From: Rhizaria sp. SCN 62-66
Taxonomy: Eukaryota
Length of the DNA: 63,250 nucleotides
Direction: 5' to 3'
NCBI GenBank assembly: GCA_001724265.1
Contig: MEDY01000024.1
Coordinates: 62,001 to 125,250, forward strand
The translations under genes and the position numbers were made by a program. The notes beneath the pieces are model-generated. The model was given only the letters and a program-made list of their open reading frames with translations. It was not told the DNA's origin and made no database searches. Positions 37,101 to 50,100 of the stretch are shown here, in pieces (the stretch's first letter is position 1; every line of letters begins with the position of its first letter).

Positions 37101-40100
37101 GGCGCAAGCGCGGAGTCACACACGCTAAGCCTGTTTAACATGATGCACACCGTGTATTACTACGGCGGTTTCGATTTTACCGTGTATCTCGTGCTTAAGG
37201 CAGTGTACTCGCTCACACAAGACCCGTTTCCAGTCTACGTCAACACCGACGGCACGACCTCAGTCATGGGCTACAGCGGCCTCTTGGCAACCTTCGACCG
37301 GTTCCGCGAGGTCAACGCGCAGTCGCTGCCGGAGTACGATCTAGCGATGCTCATGAGCGGCCTAACCTTCGAGTCCGGCATCCGCGGGCTAGCGACCGTG
37401 GGCACCGTGTGCCAGCGCGGCCCATACGGCGGCAGCGGCTCGATCACGCAGATGACTTACCGCGACGACACGGCGAACGCAATCATCGCAGCGCACGAGA
37501 TGGGGCACAACCTCGGTATGGACCACGACGGGCAAGGCAACGCGTGCACTGTGTATATCCACGTGATGCAGCCCGCTGTGTCGACCGCGACGAGTTGGAG
37601 TCAGTGTTCGAAGTACTACGGCAACGCGCTGCTCGCTGCGCGGCAGTGCGTGCGCAATAAGCCGCTCGAGCTCGCACGCGCACAGGCAAGTGGCGCTGGT
37701 GCGTATAAGCCGCCAAGTTACTCGTGGCCACCAGGAGCAGACACGAGTACTAGCACAACACCAGTCAGATCCAGCTCTGGCTCAGGAGCTAGCTCGGGAT
37801 CTGGTTCTGGCGGATCTGGCGCGACTCCTGCTATTCCAACTCCTGTAATTCCGACGCCGGACGCTGGGTCAAATCCGAACGCCAACGCCGAGGACAATAA
37901 GAAAACTGAGAAGACCAAACCTGAAAAAGACAAGAAGGACGACAGTAAGGACGACATTAAGACCCCCACAAATCTTGGCGATGATAAGAGTGACGACGAC
38001 TCTGACAGTGATAGTAGCGAAACGTTTTTTGCCGGTTCTCGCCCTGAGCACGACGCCTTCGCTGGCCACTACTACAATCCGCCGCTGCCAAACGGCGCCG
38101 ACCCGCGCACCTTTACCCTTACCGGCGTCAACCCGCCGTCAAAGCAGTCGAATGACTTCCGCATTGGCCAGCTCAGCCACGCAGGCTCCGTCGCACTGCT
38201 AGTTGTTCTAAGCCTTGTCGCCGCGTTGGCGCTCCTGTTCCTGCTCTTTCTGCTCTGTAAGCACAGCTTGCATTGGTGCCAGTACCGCGAGCCGTCCCCA
38301 GAAGACGTCCAGCGCGCTGATGCCATCGAAAACGCGATTGTCGCCAACGCGGCCGTTGCGGCGGGCATGGAGTCGCCGCGCTTCGGCAGCAGCTCGGGCA
38401 ACTACAACTACAACAGCAACAGCAACACCGGCGGCGGCTACGGCGGCAGCTCTTCTGTCTCTGGCGCTGGTGGCGGAGCGCTCACGCCAGTCCTCACACC
38501 CTCGCAGAGGCGGCGACCGCCGACGCTGTCGGAGCTGCCGGGGTATTTGCACCGCGCTCTAAGTGCTGCGACGACGCCGCGATCGGCAATGACGCCACGC
38601 ACTGCCGCCGCGCAGAACGTCAACGTGAATGCCAATACCGCTGTGAACACTGCGGGTGGCGGCAGCACGCCTGCAATCGGCGCACTTAGTCTCAACGCGG
38701 GCGGGAATGTAAGCGGGAGTGGGGCGATGACTCCGCTAAGTCTAAGGGCCAGTGCGGGTCCTGGGCCTTTACCACTCTCGGCAGGCAGCCTTAACGCCAC
38801 CAACAGCAACAACAGCACCAACGCGAACATTAGCAGCGCAAACGCGAAAGTTTTAAGCGCGAGTAATGCAAAGCTGCAGGACACAAGCGGCATTAGCTCC
38901 CCCGTTCCTTACGACAACAACGCTGGTATTACGAACGCGAACGCTGGAGGCACTGCGTACGCGCGGTCGACTCCGCTCGGACTCAACACGCCGACATCAG
39001 CCGCGTCGCCAGTGACTGCAGCGCTCGTCTCTGGCATTAACGCCACTGGCGCCGTGGTTGCTCCAACTGAGGCGGCGCTCGCGTCAGCGCGGCGCACGTC
39101 GGGCTTCGTGTCACCGCGCGTTATGTCTGACAATACCAACAAGACAAACAGCAATAACGGCGGCGCAAACGCTGCAAAGGCGCAGCTGCAGTCGCCCGCG
39201 ACGGCTGCTCGGACTGCGGCGGCAACAGCTGCGCTAGCTGCGGCCGCTGGCGCTAAGAGCAAGAGCCAGAGTCAAGACGAGGCTCAAAGCAAGGGTGTGG
39301 ACACGAAGGATGCTGCGGGCGTCATTGGGCATAATGCTGAGCACCAGGAAGAGGTTGATAGAGAGGACGGTCTCGGTGCGATCGAGTCGGGTCTCGCCCA
39401 CGGCAGCACAACTCCCACCGACACTCGCAACGCGCAAGCGCACAGCCATAGCGGCAACGGCAACGGCGACAGTGTTTTAAGCGACGACGCGCACCCGCAA
39501 GCACATGGCGACCTAAGCAGCACTGACGACAGCTACAACAACGACAGCTTTAACTATAACGACAGCGCTGACCACAGCCACGGCCTTGCCCCCGGAAGTC
39601 ACCCGACTGTCACCACATCATCCTCTGCGACTCGCGAGGCGGCGGTCCGCTCTTACGACTCCGCTGCCCGCGACACCGTCATCAGTCTCAGCAGTGCCAA
39701 CACCGCTGGCGGCGGCGGCGGCGGTGCGGTGGGCAGGGGCGGGCTGCCGAGTGTGCGGTCGGCGGCCGCTCTGCGGGGGATGCTGGCAACGCCCGCAGAG
39801 CTGCAGCCCGGCGGGGTCATCTCGCCGACGCGCTCGCCCGCCAACGCTGCATACATCAACCGCGTGACCAACAACAACAACAACAACCATGACGACGGGC
39901 AGAGTAGAGCGGCGCAGGCGACGGGATTGGGTGACGCTGCAATGACTGCGATCGACCGTGAGCAGCAGCATAATCAGCAACAGCAGCAGCAGCAGCAAGG
40001 TGACAGTAACAACGGCTCAGATCGTACCAAGCTTAGCGCGCGGCGGCACAGCCACAACAACGACAGTCAGGCAGGCAGCGCTGCTGACAGTGGCGGTGGC

Positions 40101-40361
40101 GCGGGTGCGGGTGCAAGTGCGGGCAGCGGCCACAGGCGCACGGCGTCCAGTGTGTACCAGTTTCCTCTGCCTGGCGACGGCGACGGTGGCGAGAAGATCA
40201 ACGCGGCAAGCGCGAACAACAGCAGCGACAACGCAAACGAGAACATGAAGACTGAGAACACCAACAGCAACACGAGCTATGCGAGTAGCAGCTGCAGTGA
40301 AAGCAGCAAGAGTCAGAAGGGTAAGATCTTGTCTGGCCACCAAGACGAAAACCGACACTAA
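34153..40361 (+). CDS. Reprolysin/ADAM-like (M12B) membrane zinc metalloprotease, about 1930 aa, 4 exons
   Basis: Exons 34153-34406, 34556-34678, 34807-36954 and 37094-40361. N-terminal hydrophobic segment; prodomain DCYYRGRVRGDSTSLVAVDFCDGFLRG; RYIELIIFND; GLATVGTVC; HEMGHNLGMDHD zinc motif; Met-turn VMQP; WSQCS; second TM helix near 38185-38260. Stop TAA. Confidence 0.88.
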
Positions 40362-41808
40362 GTTGTGTTGTATCACGAGAGCGCAATACGCTCTGTGATC
40401 AGGTGACCACACGCAATGGGTGTTGCGCGACTGTGCAGTGTAACAAGCAAGATTGAATTCAGTGTGAACTTGAATTTAAGAATGTGAATGAGACATTTGA
40501 TCCCCAATGAGTAACAATCAGAATCCCAAACACTAGTAACATGAGAACAAGCAACAATACAATGCAAAACCAGAATACGCAACACACTTCGGCAGTGACT
40601 ATGAAAAGTTGATGTATTGTGAGCTGCAACGACTACGGCTTTTTGATATTAATTTGGTGTTATAAAATATGGTATACGGAATAAAACGCGTGAGAAAAGA
40701 TCCATAAAAGAAAAAGAGAAATAAAAGAAAAGATCGAAGAAAGTGACGAAGGAAGAAAAAAAAGAGTGACGAGGTACAGCCAAAGCAAAACGTGAGTCTT
40801 TGCAATCACAACGTGTGTGTAACAAGCAAATGATCATGCGGTGCGCTAGATATACCAAGCGAAACAACATATTGATGTTATTAGATAAAAATCACAGCAG
40901 ATATACTGCCAATGCACTGCTAGCGTTAGTAACAACGATGAGCGTTGCATAGAGCAAGTACATTGCAAGACTTTGAAAAGAACTCGAATCATAGCAGTCC
41001 GTTGCTGTCATTGTTGGAGAGATAATAACTCTGAAATAGTCACTGTTTGTTGATTTTGAAACACTGTGTTGTCGCTTGCACGCAGATTTCACAGTGCAGT
41101 GCAACGACAACAAACTAGACGTGTTAGAACACAACAAACAGTAACATGTCAAGTGAAACAGCTACCATTACAACAACTTCAACTATCTTTGTCCGGACGC
41201 AAATACTACTGAAACAGCATAAGCAGAAAAGTAAGACGAAGACAGTGACAGTGCGCACTTATAGAAACCCCATGGAAACGCAAGAGTATAGACGTTAGTG
41301 CTTATAGAATAGTAAGAACAAAGGTGTACAAATGTACATGTACAAGAACACAATAACACAAATGCTCAAAAAGTGTTCTTAGATTCACTATATTCTTTAA
41401 AGTTGAAACCTCAGTGTGGTGGCAGGGAATAATTTCCTCCAGCTTAATAAAGACAAATGTCTATGTGCAATCAACGACAGCGCAACTCGTGTGCGTGCAA
41501 GTACACTGATGTCTTGCTCCTAGTGCGACGAGTCAAGGGGCTAAACCTCAACATCGCCAAGCAAGGTACAAGCATCAGCAGTATCACAGCAGCGAAACGA
41601 ACGCAAAGCGCGCCAATGCAAACATAGACATTCATCGCCCAAACACTTAAAGACTAGCAACTACTACTACATAGCAGTCATGACAGTACTCCTACGACTT
41701 TAGTAAGAACTCTTAACACGCTTACACGCAGACATGCGCACACACGCACGCACGCAAATACGCACGCACGCGCCGCATCGCGGCTTGGTCGTGATTGAGT
41801 CGTGTCGC

Positions 41809-44800
41809 TTAATCGTCCTCGTTGACCTGCTCATTGCCGCGGAAGTACTGGAGACCGGGCACGGACGCGACATACGCGGCCTCACGGGCCGTGATCGCGG
41901 CCGCAGCGGCCTCGGCCTCCTCGGAGCTGAAGTGCGCCGCATACTCACCGATCTGGATGAGGAAATCGCGCAGCATCTGCTTGAACGCGGCGGCGTCGTT
42001 GTACAGCGTGAAGAGGTTCGACACGAACTGCTGCACCTGCACCGTGTTGAGGTTGGGGAATGAGCGCGCGACGAGGTCCGAGATGTGAGCGCGCATGAAG
42101 GCCGCGTTGGTAGGGAACTGGCCCTGCGACGGATCCCACAGCGGCGCTGCGATCTGGTTGCTCGACACGATGCCGATGATCGTGCTGAGCACAGAGGCCT
42201 GGGAAGAGAAGCCGGACTTGTGCAACTTGTCGGTGAGGACCTTGAGCACCTCATTCGTCAGAGTGACCAGGTACGACGAGTAGAACACGGAGGCGTACTG
42301 CGTCGACTGGAAGCTCACCAGCAGCGTCTGGATGATCGACAGACCCGTCTCCTAAAAAACATCAAAACAAAGATGTTTCAGACAATAGAAAGACACAAAA
42401 TGGAAACATGAGCAAATGAAACTAAAATTTTCACAAAAGTACAGTAGGAAACAATTGAAGATAACGCGGTCAAATGTGGCGAGACATCAAGAGAAAATAG
42501 GGGTTTGTTGACCAAACGTACCTGGATGGTGCGGTCGAGGTGGCGCATGCCCCAGACGACCATGTCGACAATGAGCTTAAACTCATCGCTGGACAGCGCA
42601 AGCACGACCTCGAACGTGTTGGACACGATAGCATCAAGCAGCGTGTAGATGCCGACGCGGTGCTCGGGGTAGTTCTCGAAATCCGACGTGATCATCTCGA
42701 GCGTGCACGGGAACGTGTTGCCGATGATCATCGGCACGTGGGGTGCCATAGCGCTGCCAAACGTCTTGATGTACGCCGTGCACAGCGGGAGCACGTCGGC
42801 GTCGCGCGCGTCGGGGGAGCTCTTAAGATAATCGCCCAGCACGGGCTGCTCAAGCTGCGGGAAAAACTCGTTCATGAGCACGTGCGCGTCACGCTTGGAG
42901 GCGTTCTCAACGAACGTAGCGAGCAGACGCAGCGTCTGCGCCTTAACCGAGAGCATCTTGCGCACAACGGCGGTGTTGACGACTGAAGGCCCGTCGGTGG
43001 CGATGGCGTTGTTGACGTAGCTGGAGCACATCTGGTAGATGGACAGCATCTCGAGGTAAATGCGGGAAATCTGACCGATGTACGCCGACTTTACCGAGGC
43101 CGCGACACGCGTGTTAGTCTTGAGCACCATATCGATGAAGTCGAGGGTCTGCGTCGAGCACAGCGCGTTGGGGTCCGCCTTGATGCTCTCGGTAAGCTGC
43201 GCCCACGTCTGGTTGGGCAGCATCATGAGCCGCTGGAGATAGCCCTCGCGCGTGGTAGGGTTGGTCTCGGCCGCGATGATCGTAGCAATAGCCTCGTAAA
43301 ACGTGTAGATCTGGTTATTCTCCAAGTCACGGATCGCGAGGGGAAGCTCGTCCAGCAGCTGCAGCATGAAGTTGGGCGGGCGCGTGCCGTTGGCGGCCAT
43401 CGGCGGGGACAGGATCGTCTTCTTGCAGCGGGAAGCGACCTTGAGGAAGGTATCGCAAGCCATGTCTTGCACGCCAGGGTGCTGCTCGTGCATGAACTCG
43501 AACAGCTTGCTGATGACCGTGGTGAGGAACGACCAGTGCGACTTGAGGAAACGCGGGTACTGACCGACGACGTACATGATGTTGGCCGCGATAATCGCCT
43601 TATGCTCCTTGCGGTCCGTCTGGTTCACCAGCATCAGGAGATCGTGGACCACCGACGCGAGGAACACCTTCTCCTGCGACTCCGTCAGCGCCTTGGCGAT
43701 AGAGCCAATCGCCCAAGAGATGCGGTTCAGCATCGTCGGGTTCCACTCGCTGTGCACGCGCTCCGTCAGCTGCTGCTTCATGGTCGCCATGGTCGCCTCC
43801 GGGTCCAAGTTGGTCAGGTACACAAGGGCCTCGCGCATCGTCATATACAGCGCGATAGCGCCGTTATTCTTCAGGCGCTCGCGGACGGCGTTGCCGTGCT
43901 GGTCCACCACAACGAGCACTTCCTCGGGCTTGGCCATGCGGGAGATGAGCACTTGGCGCAGGTTCATCAGCGTCTCTTCGTAAAACTGCAGACGGGGAGA
44001 CTTGCGCGACTGCGCCGTGGCGCCCAGCAAAAGCACGGGAGGCGCTGACTCCTTCTCCTTACGGTAAATGTCGCGCAGGAACACGTTCCAGTAGTCGAGG
44101 CAGATGGAAAAGATCACCACGTCGTTCTCCTACAGAACAAATTTGAAGACAAATGACAAAATGGGGGATATATCGTCAAAATAGAATCACGTGAGCGTGA
44201 TTTTTCACTAAATTAATTGAAATAGGTTAAATCACAAAATTATAATACTAAACTTGAAAATAGCTTGAATATATAGAGCACGTACCTGGTCGTCGATGAG
44301 CGAGAGGCGCTGGAGCATGGCGAGCGCGGAAAGCAGATAGCGCGGGGACTCCTCCGTCGCACTCTCGACCAAGTTCAGCCGCGTGCGGAGGAAATCGGTG
44401 ATGAAGATGGCGAGATGGCGCAGATACGTCTGCACGTTATCGTCGCCATCGTTGTACAGAGCGGCGATGTCGACCTCTGGAGGCAGGACCTTGTAGACTT
44501 GGTCCATGACGGCGATGAGCATCGCGACAAAGATGGGGTTGAACTCGGGCTTCTGCGGCAGATCCAGCACAGCAACCTCGCACAGACACTGCAGCGCGAG
44601 GTTCTGGAACAGGCCGACGGGGAAGAACTTGAGAGCGAGCGTCTCGACGAGCTTGGTGTTGAAGATGAACTCGACGGGGATCCACCGCAAGAAGCGGAGC
44701 AGACACTGCAGAGTCGACGTAAGCAGTGCGCCGTTGTCGGACTCATTGAGCACGTACTCGCAGAGCTGGTAAATCTGCGCGAACTCGGCGTTGAGCGACG

Positions 44801-45377
44801 TCTTGAGCGTGTGCACCTTGTCCGACGTCATCTGCCCGCGCGAGTAATCGAAAATCTCCTCTGACAACAGGAGCAGGATCTGCATGTTGTTCGCGCAAAT
44901 CGACTGCGAGGTCTTGGAGGACTCGACGAGATCGGGGATAAACGACGGCCACTGCAGTGGCCACTCGTGCTTAACGATGTGCACGAGCGCGAGGTTCAGC
45001 GCCTTGAGCAACTGCTTGCGCATAGACGCCTCGGCGGGCGGGTACTGGGCGCCGTCGCCAGAAAGCTTCAGCACGCGGTCGACGATGAAGTTGCGGATAC
45101 CGGAGCGGTGGTCAGCGGGGATGGCGGACCAGCGGGTCTTGATTGTGTCGGTCAAAACGGTGAGGGCGTTGAGACGGGAGTAGGTCGACGAAGACTGCTC
45201 GATAATCTGGTCGACGCGGGTCCATGTCAGCTCGTGCTGCCAGAACTGGTTCAACACGCGCTGGATGGCGTCGTTGCCGGTGCGGTAGAACTCCTCAACA
45301 AGGGAGTCAAGCAGGGCGACGTCCATGGGAGCGGAAAAGTCGAGGAGGCGCGCGAGAGCGGCCTCGGGACCTGACAT
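41809..45377 (-). CDS. XPO1: Exportin-1 (CRM1), 1080 aa, 3 exons
   Basis: Exons 44286-45377, 42522-44129 and 41809-42351. Motifs LLDFSAPMDVALLD, NNMQILLLLSEEIFDYS, MAKPEEVLVV, SWAIGSI, NIMYVVGQYPRFL, GVQDMACDTF, YPEHR and FKQMLRDFLIQI. Stop TAA. Confidence 0.97.
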
Positions 45378-47164
45378 CGGGAGGTCTGAACGGCTCAACG
45401 GAAAGTAGGAAACAAAAGCAAGGCGGAATGAGGGCAAAATGTGAATCTTAGAAAGCGATAGCAATATGGAGGCGTTGATCAGTATGACAAATAAAATATG
45501 GCTTAAAACAGGAACGAATCGTAAAGATCGTAAGGAGAGAGAGCCGTAAAATCGGGTGACACTGAGGGCAGACTGTGGTCGCAACGTGGGGATGGAACAC
45601 TTCCAGAGAATTCTCCGTCGGGGCCATGACACAGCCGACACATGTGCAAAAACCAATAGAATAGCACTAAAAAAAGAACTCGTGCGTTCCACGCGTGGTT
45701 TAAACCACAATGGCATTGACTGGAGCGCAATCTGACCAGGGTAAGTGTCGAGTCGAGTTCAGGGTCATTCTTCATCCCTCTTGGTTCTCATACGACGCCT
45801 AACTCCCCCTCAACAAAAACATCCGGCGCTCCTTTTCAATACCAACGTAGAACGCTTCGTGTTCTACCGCGCCATCTTCCTCGCGGCACCAACTCTCGGG
45901 TATGCGCCACAGTTGCCGCTGTCTCCTGTCCAACAGCAGGCAGCCAAACGGCGGTCCGCTGCCGCCACCGCCTCTGCCGTGTCCGCGATCACTGCCGCGA
46001 GCCGTTGATGACCAGTGAGTTGAGGCGACGCTAAGCCAACGGCTCGCAGAGTCGTCGAGGCGCGCTAAAAAACCGGCTAATGTTGGGTATATCGACGCAG
46101 AACGACTTGAGTTTTAGCTAACGAAGTTTTTATGCCATTTCAAATATTTTATTAAATGTGTGTCACTAAAAAGCGTGATATACCGCCAAATCCTGTGTTA
46201 CATCAGTTACTCATCAATTAGTGAAAAGTGCTTGGTAGAGCAACACTAAGGGCGTTAACCATATAAGAATACATGCTTGCGTAGCCTTGTGACGTTATAT
46301 CCGAGAACATATCTTGTGAAAGGGACATCTATAGTGTTAGTCAGCAACGTCACATTTGAATGGCACGGCAGATAGAAGCTATGCCGTGAAGCCAAAACAG
46401 AACACCTCAACTAAAAATGCGCATGTTTACAAATTAAACAGTCACATTAAGCCCGAAAAACGCAATATTAATGTTCAAATCATCTGTACTTCCGCTCTAT
46501 ATGAAGGGTATACTCACTGCTCCACTATCACAATGCAAGAAATCGGGAAATATATGCAATAGATGCATATTACGCACTATAAAACAAAGTTAACAGAAAA
46601 TATACAGTATTTAAAAGCGTTAAAGCTCAGAACTTTCCTCAAATGCGGTGATATACACCTTTGATCATGCGATATAGTGAATTTGAAATGTGGTTGTGGT
46701 TGGCTGCGGTGAAGGTCGAGCTTGTGACCACGAAGCGGGTCGGGTTTAAAGGAGGAGATTGCGTGGGTCACAGCGCCACGGAACCTTCATGATCATTCGC
46801 TGGTATGGGAGATGTTGTTGATTAGAGCGCGGTTTTTTTATAAACATGTCTGACTAGAGTGCTGGCGTTGCTGTGGACTGCCTGATACAATCCCTGGACA
46901 ACCTCACGACTCAACCTTTGAGCTAGAACATAACGCCGCTGCTTCACGCTGCACAACATCTTTATTGTGCGATAAACCGATGCTTTTGTATTTTATATTG
47001 TGGCTACTCTACGAAAACACGCTTGATTTTTCTGATCGCGTTAGATACTGCCTCCGTATCTGCTCAGATCATCCGCTATCACCCTCCCATCTTTCCATCC
47101 TTCCCGCGCTCACCCCCCACTCTCTCTCCCATGACTCCCTATCGATATGCGTCACCCTCCGTAG

Positions 47165-50100
47165 ATGTTCTCGGCCTCTCCCGTATTACCGGCTGTGATG
47201 TCTGACGAGAACTTTGACGCCAACGCGGCTAACACCGTGATGGATCGCTATTCGCGCCAAATCGCCGCTCTTGGTGTCGACACCATGCGCTCACTCGGCT
47301 CGCTCTCCGTCCTCGTCATCGGTCAGAAGGGTGTCGGTGTCGAGACCGCCAAGGACCTCGTTCTCCAGGGCCCCAAGCAGGTTGTCGTATGGGACAACGA
47401 GCCGGCTCAAATCGCCGATCTCGGCACCAACTTCTACCTCACCACGGACGACGTGACCGCGCGCCGCAAGCGCTCCTGCGTCGCTGCCAAGCTTGAGGAG
47501 CTTAACCCTTACGTCTCCGTCTCGGCCTACGAGGGCGAGCTTACCGACGCCTACCTGCGCACGTTCGGCGCCGTTATCGTCACGCTTCCCATGTCTTCTA
47601 AGGAGCTGACGCGCATCAACGAGACGTGCCGTGCTGCAGGTGTCACTTTCCTCTGGGCCGTGACTCAGGGCCCTCTGGCGGCGTTCTTCGCCGACTTCGG
47701 CGACGCGCACACCATCACCGACGCTGACGGCGAGCCCAAGAAGGACTTCGTGATCCAGTCGATCAGCAACGACCTCGTTGCTATCACTGCAGACTCTCAC
47801 GGTCTGTCGGACGGCGACGGTGTCATGTTCACCGATATCGAGGGCCCTCTCGCTGTGCTCAATGGCCTCGCCGGCGTCAAGATCCGCCGCGTGTACTCCA
47901 AAAACCTCGCCGGTCGCAACGTGCTTGTTCCCAGCAAGTTTCGCATTGATCTCAGCGGCGCCAAGGATGCTGAGGGCATCAACCTTGCCGCTCTTGAGTG
48001 GGACAATGGCGGTGGTATCGTCTCCGAAGTTAAGCCGCAGGAGACTGTCTCGTTCAAGCCATTTGCCGCCGCGCTCGCGGCCCCTGGCTCCGACGCCATG
48101 TGCGGGCTTGTGCCGCACTTGGATCAGGGCAAGACGTTCAACAACGGCGGTGCTGAGCTCCATCTCGCTCTATCCGCGCTCCTCCGCTTCCGTGATGCCC
48201 ACGATGGCCAGGTACGATTTCTTTCTTCTAGGCGTTCATATTTCTTTGGAAACCCAATTTTTCCATTGAAAGATTTATTTGTTTAAGACCAAAATACTGC
48301 TTAATATATTCGTGAATCCTCTGACACCACTGACTGTATCTGAATATGACCATTGTTTTTTTAGGACCCCGCTCTGCACTCTGCGGCCGACGCCAAGGAG
48401 GTCGCCGCTTTCGCCGCCGCCGTGATCGCCGACGCGGACGAGTCCTCCCCTCTGGCCGCCTTCAAGGCCAACCCCGACACCGTTGCCAAGGGCGACCTGG
48501 TTCGCAAGTGCGCGCTTTTCGCCCGTACCGAGCTCTCCGGTTTCTGCGCTTTCCTCGGTGGTGTTGCTGCGCAGGAAGTGCTCAAGCGCTTCGGCAAGTG
48601 GACTCCTGTCAAGCAGTGGGTGTACTACGATATCGTGTCTGCGTTCCCGTTGCAAGTCCCCACGGACGCGCGCCCTCAGCAGTCGCGCTACGACCACCAG
48701 ATCGCCATCTGGGGCCAGGTACGCTGATCTCTTACTTGTTTTATCTCTTAAAACGTGTCTGAAAGAGACTTAACAAAACTTTATTCATATTAATTTGTCG
48801 TAGAATACTCTTCTATATATGTTGTTTGCTTCTAATAAGTTTTGTTTTCTCAATCGTTTTTCTGTATCGCTTTGTTTTCGTCATTGTATATTTTTTATTA
48901 GGCGTTCCAACACAAGATTCTCAACGAGCACTGGTTCCTTGTCGGCTGTGGCGCCCTGGGCTGCGAGTACATCAAGGCCTTTGCGCTCATGGGCGTCGGC
49001 GCCGGCTCCCGCGGTAAGGTCTACATCACCGACATGGACCGCATTGAGCTCAGTAACCTCTCACGCCAGTTCCTCTTCCGTGCAGAGCACGTGTCTAAGC
49101 CCAAGTCCGTGTGCGCGGCCACTGTTGCGGCCGCCATGAACCCCGGGCTTGGCCGCAACGTCGTCTGCTTCGAGGCCAAGGTGTGTGCTGAGACCGAGGA
49201 CCAGTTCACGTCCGAGTTTTGGACGTCGCTGACGGGCGTGTGGAATGCGCTCGATAACGTTGCTGCGCGCAAGTATACCGACTCCAAGTGTCTGCTCTAT
49301 GGACTCCCACTCATGGAGTCCGGCACTCAGGTACGTTGATGAGATAAAACAAGAGCTTGTTTGATGTTTATTTCCATGTGTGTTCTCTTTTACGACTTTG
49401 TTGTCGCTTTTGAACATCGCCAATTCTCACTCTTTATTTTTGTGTTTTGCTTTCACTAACACAGGGCACCAAGGCCAACTCCGAGGTTATCCTTCCCTTC
49501 AAGACCACCTCGTACAGTGACATCAAGGATCAGGAGACCGGCGGCATCGCGGCTTGCACGCTCCGCAACTTCCCCAACCTCATCCTCCACTGCATTGAGT
49601 GGGCCAAGCCCAAGTTCCAGGCACGTTGAAACACGAGAGCAAACTCGACTGTTCCCTCACTCAAAAAATCTTATATATGTTACTTTCTTATTTACTTCTC
49701 ACCTGAATGCTTTTTCTTTTTTCTGTGATCTGTCTTTTTGTGTTTTGTTAAATGCGTCTTCACAGGAGGTGTTCGAGCTGCTCCCTGCGCAGGCTAACAC
49801 GCTGATCGAGGACCCCGAGAAGTTCTGGGACACTGCCGACAAGCAAGGCAACCCCAAGTCGACCCTCGCGTTCCTCAAGGAAGCTCTCTCCGTGCTCACC
49901 GCGTCCCACGACTACGCCGCCTGCATTGCGCTCGCGCAGAAGCTCTTCGTCGAGTGCCACCGCGACAACATCCTCGACCTCACCTCGGCGCTGCCTGAGG
50001 ACGCCCGCGTCATTGAGCCCGGCACCGGCGCCGACCTCGGCCCGTTCTGGACCGGTGCGAAGCGTTTCCCGCGCGTCGCGTACCTCAACGTGGGCCGCCC

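Noticed and set aside
40362-41808. Long AT-rich gap between the convergent protease and exportin genes, scanned for tRNA or ncRNA
   Set aside because: No cloverleaf or T-loop motif and no credible ORF; consistent with 3'UTRs. No suppressor tRNA was recognised anywhere in the window.
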